NCBI GenBank assembly: GCA_965198175.1
Contig: OZ240245.1
Location: forward strand, 96,001 to 160,000
Length of the DNA stretch: 64,000 nt
Direction: 5' to 3'
DNA from: Candidatus Poribacteria bacterium
Lineage (GTDB): Bacteria; Poribacteria; WGA-4E; PCPOR2b
Positions 20,901 through 28,400 of the stretch are shown here, one piece after another. The stretch's first letter is position 1, and every line of letters starts with the position of its first letter. A program made the position numbers and the translations under genes. The notes below the pieces were generated by a model. It searched no databases and was not told where the DNA came from. It worked only from the letters and a program-made list of their open reading frames with translations.

Positions 20901-22055
20901 GGTTGGACGCACAGTGATGATGAACACTCTAACCAGCTCTTCTTTGAGGGGGAACTTACCGACGTTCGTATCTGGAGTACAGCTCGCACGGCTCAAGAGA
21001 TTCAATCTCACATGAATGTTACCTTGACGGGTGACGAACCCAATTTAGTCGGCTTTGTTGATACGCCGCCAAACCACGGCAGCGAAAGGCTTGTTGGCAA
21101 CGTGGAGGTTGTCCGTTATACCCGTCCCGTTTTCGCTATGCCGACTGTGCGGCATCTGACGAAAGCAGTTGAAGCTTATGAAAGAGCGATTGCGCTGGAG
21201 CCGACAGCCCATCTGCTCTACGATGTGTTAGCGAGGAACTATCTCATACTGAACAAGGCTAACGAAGCTGAAGCTACCTATCGGCGTGCGATTGACGCCG
21301 AACCTGAGTGGCGAAAAATGCTCGATTCAGCGATTCGCCGTTTGTGGCGATTCTACGCTGAGCGCGCAGAACTGGAGAAAGGCATTGCGACCCTCGAATC
21401 GCTCAAGCCGAAGATAGCATTTAATGCTACGCTGCATAAGCTGCTCGGCGACGCCTACAAGGAAATAGGAGATAGTAAAAAGTCAGATGCTGCCTACGCC
21501 AAGTGGTTTGAGATGCGCAGAAGGGAAATCTATGGTACTTGGGCACCAAGCTATTCCAGCCTCGCTGCACAACTGCTTGATATAGGATTTATGCCTGAAG
21601 AGGCAGTGAAATTCGCTAAACTTGCCAGACCGCATGACAATCATTTCAGGGTTTTGAGGCTGCTCTGTCGTGCCTATATTGCAAATGGGCAGTACACTGA
21701 AGCGTTAGATGAATTTAAGTGCGTATTGAGCAATCCTGCAATCTTGGCTTGGCCCGGTGATTGGTCAAGTGCAACGCTTGAGGCTGCTAGCCTTCAACTG
21801 TGGTTGGATATTGTGGAAGCGGGTAGGCGGGTAAAAGATAGGGCGCGCTATATTGAGATGATAGAAAACTTGGTAAACAGCATGCCGGACAATCCGACGA
21901 TTCAGCGCCACGCCAATCTGGAACTCTCAAAATTGTACGATGAGCAGGCGCAATTGGATAAGAGCCGCGAACATCAGAACAAGGCTGGCATGATTACCGG
22001 AAGTGGGTTGTGGATTATCGGTCCATTTGACAGCGACGATGGACGTGCCGACTGA
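12000..22055 (+). CDS. Giant secreted TPR protein (~3350 aa) with an inserted LamG domain and a disrupted C-terminal domain
   Basis: Signal peptide from ATG 12000 (MSEQKRKKIACIVCLLWLALLPSSTVFA); dozens of TPR-like helical repeats; LamG/ConA-like segment ~20480-21110 (TVEVWIKP, WHHIAGV, LYING, DVRIWSTAR). ORF track starts at 11895. Confidence 0.85.
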   Translation: MSEQKRKKIACIVCLLWLALLPSSTVFAQNEDGEDKAIERYKQMLERKPKAGSTFDRLYQFYLEGAGLDNMVADYQTAALANPNNPNLQLILGHIYKRLGKDNETVAAYQRAVELAPNNYYPHFALGQAYATLRQYENAIAALTQAVEYATESKSATLDDLTALYKTLGRAYFSRDRVDDAILAWAKISELEPDNIFARIELADLFREQELYAQAIEQHEVIIQLKTDDPYRVCLSRREIGKIQEEKGDHAGAIQSYDAALALTGQGNWLRKDLQRRVIEIYAVAGDWDGLIGYYQKKLADTPNDPELTSLLADAYLENEQVDEGIAQYRKSVELAPTSAPLRQKLIAALRRAEKFAEAAAEYETLTVQLPDDFGIYRSLGALYLQLEQPARARIVYERMLARDPENASTHLTLAEIYTEHEWSGEAVAAYEKAIALAPTNLDYIEYLGEFYFRRGDREKALETWNRLVVGERAAAQNFERLAQLLHAKDFQVEAVAASRKAVELAPTEYRYREMLGKQLMEAENFDAAITQFAEAAKYAPSDFFTEQMAAQQIEVYRRQGVLGDKIAELEAQPQSFSGQKLLAKMYLKLRNTTAAIAALEKALLLNPDDIPVNRSLAEIYAQLRQHENAKAVYARLITLDNSNAREYHANLARLLLNVMDFDAAKAAAKQALAHSPRNPEGHQILAEIALTMGDYPSAIESLKQAIRLRPQAIEIRMELAKAYQLADDLRQAVEQYWRCWELSDDLDNKLRFIKPLSDTYYVMGQDQELTERLQQMSKANPSDMTLVLALARLYRIKGDLSASRTQLARALERNSDNSELLSQLVDISLKLGEIQDALTYQQQLVGVEPDAHNQRRLGKLLYDLGREQEAVQVWTKLLHAKNQPLEAMMKFAELLIQYNQRPLAFSTLDRIAERAHKPQSVYRLGAILVEIGESERARRYFERVLQMPRPQSPKNARLTLQPFPSVQFLYLHIVHIGNRIGQQFHGHGGPGQRMWLPQSFEDTQVAALAQLIRMAREHDELEKFISGFEAEAAASPKDLQRLERLLYVYMLTTNKKKAVEVVNRLATLSPYEPTYRKMQFQFVMWDGNPDYETVKGYLSQIPETIPHVRLQYTAQLAMRFIQIRKTSAAEKLLAQCKNEKPTDFTTGIELITAFSRLGDTETAERMFSNLPLLSPLQTSAPLSVMNRPQIWRQYTNAHRALAAAHIDKGQTNRAIEIVWSLFKQTQSNVNMPHWMGSSAYTSYRNYSSDLLFPAPNTYFDRHRFELLQRLFGYLWLKDQLDALYTKLQMVFELGTERERILSGLALSYCYWWEGRRDESQQLLNTLQAENSGDLTLKRHMPLVLIQSGKQEAAISLLTELAEDDPRNRQQYNNLRFFLAERNGNTAQLRELAKELLNSPASVREMIQFSQQLHEIGLTQYAIAIAKKAADLAIWQNDLNSLSELSRRLETLGRGLDATMLAKHVARFTKLTVRPGLRRLPRGYVTRLTPEEAREREPQFVEAVERHPNSFKALVELATFYENTNQNKKAIPVLAKAVDLRPRDSNLRNRYAGMLQRDKQLDKAVEQYTVLLKNDLDFFRYRSHGNEARSLIEIFMEAGKLNELVAVARGMIDASSEGYATEFVRAVAWECMNNNAPKIAVELYEKLIAVRPGMPYLRLGLSRAYVAAGERDRAVECIHNGLNTITQPQLSTYHPRLLQRLVSELIELNRGREAYNSFIAGLEAELASKPDNLPLTWLIAYMYIKSRQLEASDSLVGKLFGNKQNTTYSGFDSEWFTTLADEYRQAGDHDRQMKLLEAVVEKLEGQTSFWDFEGGRLVNSLYEMLGEAYVQNSEKEKARQLFRKLVPTRVALSRSHRDAEKQSIAQLYMQLEMWDDAEALFTEIANNVFADVHRKERAQKELTKIRKERGDLPVSQQPVVEVQVMDIRFQREKAERYTRTGELEKAVEIYKQLIARMPEDHRSVAALAKLYSIQNRHDEAISTWRSLLEVDPENTQYRSGLAETYRVAGMFTEALEIIQKLIAENPSTAFYSQLALVYMVANRHDDAVAAYRKAIELSPNDWGVYKDLGKLYADTGDLNAAEKTYKTALRLTRNYDRGRRIINRQLAEVYLQQSELEVALKKMEAVGILTFETLNEIAQKYHNQGDLEEADVVYNKAFRLTTDKGSHIRIAESLTHIYRQQGRLEEILKRAEEGDTSNADINIELQKVLAKEYKEAGEIEKAIEISTQIIAGNPDDYEFRVAFANFCTRQRLYDEAIAVLHALIESAPKNTEYQYMLVNAYADSSSFSEAIALAQELCVEDPSRYRYVQLARVYTRSNRIDDAIEAYKEAIRVEIPDESSIYQDAHRELGNLYIKKGDFDAAEKVVKVLGEDNRLLIEIYRHLGKWEEVLKQAEADGKLNTVILEELAEKHLRQGKLEQAAAAYKKALRMTKNQDAEYRNIGDRLIQIYRKESNWGEAIARAEAEGILTTNMLQQQARAYGKEGKLEDALTAYKKAIDIASEITEKNSFINEMIGLNIQLADLDAAIELYATLLPRFGSRSPNHTQSRIEVDYPEDNTRKLLITAHKQQGKLRHLASYFQGRFKNEPENPSIIEILAEIYNHQNEYEKAAKKFQQLSKLKDSPLRTFYLAAAAFNRSGQADRAKDMLQQGAAEFSPYRNEYRSRSVDARFFGTIATICIDGGLYDTAITFAEDAVTLARKSGDERGLKFIYPILGKAFINTEAYEEAAKVYRQWRNIDKNRADAASQMLYQKNENLFEELVAKQIEAVEANPDDTDAYYTLAQTYESNGKHDEAIAVYEKLSQLQPDNVEWFKTLGNLYQQGRETAESVIGSAFRLNGDGSFLELNDSAALNASHTQLTVEVWIKPTKMKYAAILYKGGKQTPNFLNRSFALWFTYNGITFSVSADGWQEIRLSSPTGAISLDRWHHIAGVLNTQTGSMKLYINGMAVASRSFPKKPVYKSRLPLRVGWTHSDDEHSNQLFFEGELTDVRIWSTARTAQEIQSHMNVTLTGDEPNLVGFVDTPPNHGSERLVGNVEVVRYTRPVFAMPTVRHLTKAVEAYERAIALEPTAHLLYDVLARNYLILNKANEAEATYRRAIDAEPEWRKMLDSAIRRLWRFYAERAELEKGIATLESLKPKIAFNATLHKLLGDAYKEIGDSKKSDAAYAKWFEMRRREIYGTWAPSYSSLAAQLLDIGFMPEEAVKFAKLARPHDNHFRVLRLLCRAYIANGQYTEALDEFKCVLSNPAILAWPGDWSSATLEAASLQLWLDIVEAGRRVKDRARYIEMIENLVNSMPDNPTIQRHANLELSKLYDEQAQLDKSREHQNKAGMITGSGLWIIGPFDSDDGRAD
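12111..12832 (+). repeat. Near-identical 5' block shared by the two giant TPR genes (second copy ~22569-23290)
   Basis: Direct repeat at offset 10458, roughly 90% identical by eye, including an exact 107-bp run (12513-12619 = 22971-23077). Confidence 0.9.
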
Positions 22056-22355
22056 ACGTATCGCCCAAATTCGATTCGGAAGCAACAGCCAAGCAAAACT
22101 CTGGCTCAACGGTAACGAAATCTTCGGACGTGACACATCGCATTTGGCAGTTGTTGATGGGGATATAATCCCTGTTACACTCAATGCGCGGGGGATAATC
22201 AGATACTCGTCAAAGTATGTAGGACTGGGATTCCGTGGGGATTCTATCTGCGAATTACGGACGCGGATGGCAAGCCACTTGAGGATTTGACGTTTCCGGA
22301 AAACGAATTACAGATTAAGCAGATGACGCGGAGAACACGGATAAGAACCGATTGA
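22039..22355 (+). pseudogene. Out-of-frame remainder of the C-terminal beta-sandwich domain of giant TPR 1
   Basis: After WIIGPFD the +1 frame reads ERIAQIRFGSNSQAKLWLNGNEIF..IPVTLNA; the original frame then resumes DNQILVKVC..WGFYLRITDADGKP to TGA 22355. Confidence 0.7.
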
Positions 22356-22454
22356 ACCTTCCGATAAGAATCAATTTTGATTGTTTCGTTCGCCGCGTCT
22401 TTCGGGCGCTGGTTTGTGGGTTCGGTCACCCAAATCTTGCAAAGGATAAAATCC

Positions 22455-25400
22455 ATGCTTAAACATAAAAACCAGTTAATAATTTTAGTCCTATGTTGCT
22501 CGGCTCTCACCCTCGTTCTCCCAATAATCGGCCTCGCCCAAGACGGTAATATTGCAGACGACAAAGTTATCGAACGTTACAAGCAGATGCTTGAGCGTAA
22601 GCCGAAAGCGGGAAGTACGTTTGACCGCCTTTACCAATTCTACCTCGAAGGCGCCGGCTTGGACGCCATGGTCGCCGATTATCAAACAGCAACACTAGCC
22701 AACCCAAACAACCCCAACCTTCAATTGATTCTGGGGCACATCTACAGACGGCTCGGTAAGGATAACGAGACCATTACAGCGTATCAGCGCGCTGTCGAAC
22801 TCGCCCCGAACAACTACTACCCTCACTTTGCACTTGGACAAGCCTACGCCATGCTTCGCCGGTACGAGAACGCAATTGCCGCGTTGACACAGGCGGCTCA
22901 ATACGCAACAGAATCGAAGTCCGCCACGCTCGATGACCTGACCGCGCTCTATAAAAGCCTCGGACAAGCCTATTTCAGCAGAGACCGTGTGGACGACGCT
23001 ATTTTGGCGTGGGCAAAAATCTCCGAACTTGAACCGGACAACATCTTCGCTCGCATCGAACTCGCTGACCTGTTCCGCGAACAAGAACTCTACGCCCAAG
23101 CCATCGAACAGCATGAGACGATTATTCAACTCAAAACAGATGACCCCTACCGTGTGTGTCTGAGTCATCGGGAAATTGGGAAGATTCAGGAAGAGAAGGG
23201 GGATTATCCAAGTGCCATCCAAAGCTACGACGCTGCACTCACGTTGACGGGACAGGGTAATTGGCTGCGAAAAGACCTCCAGCACCGTGTCATAGGCATC
23301 TACGCTGCAGACGGGGATTGGGACGGGTTAATCGCGTACTATCAAGGCAAACTCGACGCAACGCCGAATGACCCCGAACTCATCGGACTGCTGGCTTCGG
23401 CGTACATTGAGAATCAGCAGCTTGACGACGGGATTGCCTCATATCAAAAGGGATTGGAACTTGCCCCGACGGACGCTGCACTACGCCTTAACCTCATCGC
23501 CGCCTTTCGCACCGCTGAGAGATTCGAGGATGCGGCGGCAGAATACGAACTCCTCAGTGAGAAGCAGCCGGACGATTTTGGCATTTACCGCGAACTTGGG
23601 GAGTTGTATCTACAGCTTGAGGACGAAGTGCGGGCGAAGGGTGCGTATCAGCGGATGATTGACCGCAACCCGGAGAACGCCGGGACACACCTCATCCTCG
23701 CGGAGATTTACGCGGGACACGAATGGCTGGACGATGCTATTGCGGCATACGAAAATGCGATTTTCCTTGCGCCGGATAATCTCGATTACATCGAGTATTT
23801 TGGCGAATTCTACTTCCGTCAAGGGTCTCGTGAGAAGACTGTGGAAACGTGGACTCGAATGGTTGCCGGAGACCGAGCAATCGCAGAAAACTATGACCGG
23901 CTGGCGCAGTTGCTCGATGCGAAGGACTTTCAAACCGAAGCGATTGGTGCGAGTCGCAAGGCGGTAGAGTTAGCGCCCGGAGAGTACCGCTATCGTGAGG
24001 CGTTGGCAAGGCGGCTGATGGAGCACAAAGACTACGAGGAGGCATTAACAGAATTCGCGGAAGCGTCGAAACTTGCACCCAACGAATTTTTCGCTGAGCA
24101 GATGTCCGACCAGCAGATTGAAATCTATCGGCGACAGGGAACGCTTGTGGGGAAAATTGACGAGTTGGAAGCGGTACCTGAATCTTTCGACCAACAGAAA
24201 CAACTTTCCAAAATGTATCTTAAGCTGGGGAACGTGACGAATGCGCTTGAAACTCTGATTCAGGCGAAAGAACTCAAGCCAGATAATGTGCAGGGCAACC
24301 GGTGGCTTGCCGATATCTATGTCCAGCAAGGTCTGCGCTATGAAGCGGTCTCTATCTACAAACACCTCGTTGAGATAGATAGTGCGAACGCCCGGGAACA
24401 CTATGCGAAGATTGCACGATCCCATCTGGACGCGATGGATTTTGATGCGGCAACAGCCGCAGCGAAGCAAGCGGTCGCACATAGTCCACGCAACCCGGAA
24501 GGACATCAGATGTTGGCGGAAATCGCCAAACAGATTGGGAATTACGAAACCTCGACCGACAGCCTCATGCAGGCAATCCGCCTTCGTCCAGAAGCCACTG
24601 ACATCCGGGAAGAGCTAGCAGAGATTTACAAACTATCGGGCAATCCTCGTCAGGCAATCGAGCAATACTGGCGGTGCTGGGAGTTGAGCGAAAGTGTGAA
24701 CGACAAGCTCAGCTTCGTTAAATCACTCTCCGACACATACTACGACTTGGGACGGGGCGATGAGTTCGAAGAAAAGCTAAAGCAGTTGTCAAAAGCCAAT
24801 CCGTCTAACGTCGGTCCCGTCTTGGCGTTGGCGGAGGTCTATCAGATGGAAGGCGACCTCCTGGGTGCACGATTCCAATTGGCACGGGCATTAGACCGGG
24901 AGCGCGATAATCCGAATTTTCTGGCGCAACTGGTCGAAATCAGCCGCAACCTTGGTGATACGCAGGACGCACTGACCTATCTGCAGCGGCTGGTCAAGGC
25001 GCAACCCGACCCAATCCATCAACAACAACTTGGTGAGTTGTTGTTCGACCTTGGTCGAGAGCAGGAGGCGATTCAGGCGTGGACAAAGTTGCTGCACTCG
25101 AGAAATCAAACGCTTGAAGCAGAAGTCAAACTCGCAGCGCTGTTGATTCGGCACGGTCTTCTTGATGAGGCACTTTTAGCTCTCAACCGCGCGGGCGAAA
25201 AGGTGAAGAACGCAAAAGCGATTTATCAGGTCGGTGCAACGTTGGTTGAAATGAACGAGTTAGACCGCGCGCGACCGCACTTCCAGCGGATTCTGGAGAT
25301 GCCGAAACCGCTGGCAAATGTAACTCAGACTGTCAAAACGAGTTCGTCTCGATCGGCTTATGGGCCTCCCGGCATCAATATCCGCAAATTTAGTCTCGCC

Positions 25401-28400
25401 CGTGAGCTTGTCTGGCGGATACAGGAACAGTCATATGGAGGTGGAAGCGGGAAGCCGTGGTTGCCGAAAAGTTTTGAAGAAGCCCAAGCCGGGGCATTGG
25501 TGCAGTTGACAACAATTGCACAGCAGCAAGGCAAACTGGGGGAACTCGTCCAGCAATTTGAAGCGGATGCCGAGGCAAACCCGAAGGACATTCAGACCCT
25601 CGAAAGATTAGCGCAACTCTACACCTTGACCGAGAACACCGACAAGGTAGCGGAAGTTACCGAGCGACTAATTGCTGCGTCACCCAACGACCCAGTGTAT
25701 CAAGCAATGCGGTTGAATCAGTCAATGGAACAGAGCCTTGAACCTGAAACGTTTAAGAAGCGTCTCGAGGCAATGACGGGGCTGACGACCCAAGCACGGC
25801 TTTGGTACACGGCAACATACGTCGGATTGCTCTACAATCAAGGGCGAAAGGCGGAAGCTGCAAAGGTAGTGGACAATCTTGAAACCGCAAACGTGACCGA
25901 CCTAAACACCGGTTCGGCACTCGTCAGCATGCTCGCGCAACTCGGAAGAATTGAAGCGGCTGAGAGTCTCCTCGCGCAACTTCCGACTCCGGCGACTCCG
26001 ACAGGTTCTCAGATTTCCATGATGGGCACGTCATCATTCGCGCAGCAGCAATTGTGGCGGTATCTCCTCATCTACCAAGCTCTCGCCACCGCATATGTCC
26101 GCGAAGGACAGACGGACAAAGGGATTGAGCTCTTCTGGACATTCTTTGACAGGACCAAACCGAACATCACAAACGCCCGGAAGGTTGCAACCCTTACATA
26201 CTCGTCCCATTCCTACAGCGGGTACACCCCCATTCAGTCCAGCTACCCATCGCCGACGACTTACTACGATCAATCCCGTTTGCGGTACCTCCAGCAGGTC
26301 TTCAGTCAGTTTTGGATGAAGAATCAACAGGAGGCGTTGTTCGCCAAACTCCGCACCAAGTTGGATGCCGCTGAAGGCAGGGACCGCGTCTATCCCGGTT
26401 TGGCGCTGAGTTACTGCTATTGGTGGGTAGGGAAAAGGGACAAGGCACAAGAAATTCTCTCGGCGATACACAGGGAATTCCCGGATGACCTCACACTCAA
26501 GGTTAATACGGTATTTGCCTCTATTCAGACGGGACAACATGCGACTGCACTGGGAGCGCTTGATGAGCTCACCGGGTTGGATCCACGAAATCGCCGTCAA
26601 TACTATGACCTCTCGCTACAGCTTGCTGCTCATACTGGCAACACCGTCAAGGTGCGTGAGTTGATGACGAAAGTTCTAAATTCGCCGGTGGGGGTTCGGG
26701 AGCTTTATCAGTTTTCGCAGAAACTTCAGCAGACCGGCTTAACTCAATACGCCATTGCAGTCGCCAAGAAAGTGACGACATTGGCGATGGGACAACGCGA
26801 CCCGAATTTCTTGATGGAGTTGAGTTCGCACCTAGAGAACCTCGGTCGGGGACAGGATGCGACGCTCATCGCTGAACGCGCGCTGCGGTTCGCCAACCAA
26901 CGCGACCGGTATGGTCAGACCTTGCACTCTTGGAATTTCCAGCAGGCGGCACATCTGGTGAGTCGTTCCAAAGCGGTGCGCGAGCGCGAGCCTCAGTTGG
27001 TCGAAGCAGTTGAGAAGAATCCGGATTCATTCCAGGCGCAGGTCCGGTTGGCATCGTTCTACGAAAGCACAAACCAGGTCAAAAAAGCGGCGGCGGCGTT
27101 CGATGCGGCACTCGAACTGCGTCCAAAAGACAGCATGACCCGTCAGCGGTATGCCCAGATGTTACAGCGCAGCGGGCACGCAGCAGATGCCGTAGCCCAA
27201 TACATGACCCTCCTAAAAGATAATCCGAATGCACTCGGTTACAACTATTGGGAGGTGATGGAAACCTTCTTCCAGGCAGGAAAAGTCGATGAATTGGTTT
27301 CAATCGCAAAGGACATGATTGGACCGTCTGTCGGACAGTCCTTCGGCAACGATTTCGCGCAGAACGTGGCACGGCGGTGTATCGAGAGCAATAACGCCAA
27401 AGCTGCGGTCGAAGTCTACGAAAAGATTATTGAGGTTCAAGCTAATCAGCACAACACGTATGCTGACCTAGCGTCTGCCTATGCCGCTGCCGGTGAACGT
27501 GAGAAAGCGATTGAGTTTTTACGCGAAAAACTAGAAACTAAGTCGACGAAGATTTCGCAAAATCCCCGCTTACAAGCGGGAATTGTAGCTAAACTAACTG
27601 AACTCTACAAGGCATCCGGTAACATACAGAGCTTAATAACGGAATATGAAGTCAAACTCGCTGAGGAGCCGAGTGACCCGTCGCTGCTCTATCTAGTTGC
27701 GTCAATGAAAATTACGGCGAACGACCTTGAAGAATCAGACACCCTTGTTAATCAACTTCTTGACGATAAAGTTGTGTCAATCAACGCACACCGGCTGAGT
27801 AGTTTAGCAGATGCTTACCGAAGCGCAGGCGACCGCAACCGTGAACTTCGGCTGCTTGAAGCCGCCACCGAGAAACTTGATCCGCAGAATTCGTGGCAGC
27901 TCTCGGAAATTTACCAGAAACTCGGCGCAATTTACGCCCAGAACGGCGAGAAAGAGAAAGCGAAGGACGCATTCCGTAAGATGGGAATGATGCGTTTGAT
28001 GATGTATGGCGGAGGAGGCGGGATGTTCTGGCAAAAACAGGAAATTGCCACGCTTTACATGCAACACGAGATGTGGGATGACGCCGAAGCGACGTTCGCT
28101 GAAATTGTGAACGATTTGTCGGCAGACAAATGGGCAAGAGATGAAGCGCAGCAACGTTTGATGGAGGTCAAAACCCGTAAGGGCGGGCTCCAGACCACAA
28201 CGCGACTTCCTGAAAAGCTTGAAGAAATGGCAAAATCAAATCTCGGCATGCAGCGGATGCTAGCACAACAGTATATGCAGCAGAATGAACTCAGCAAAGC
28301 AGTGGAGATATACGAGCAAATAGCGGAAGTAATGCCGGAAGACCTCGAATCGCGTGCGAACCTCGCTACCATCTATTCCCGTCAAAGCAAACACGATAAG

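Noticed and set aside
22325..22399. 12-bp inverted repeat at the junction of the giant genes
   Set aside because: Long loop and single occurrence; insufficient to call an element.
12111..23290. Repeat pair as a DGR template/variable region
   Set aside because: Differences are not adenine-specific, both copies are coding, and there is no reverse transcriptase in the window.
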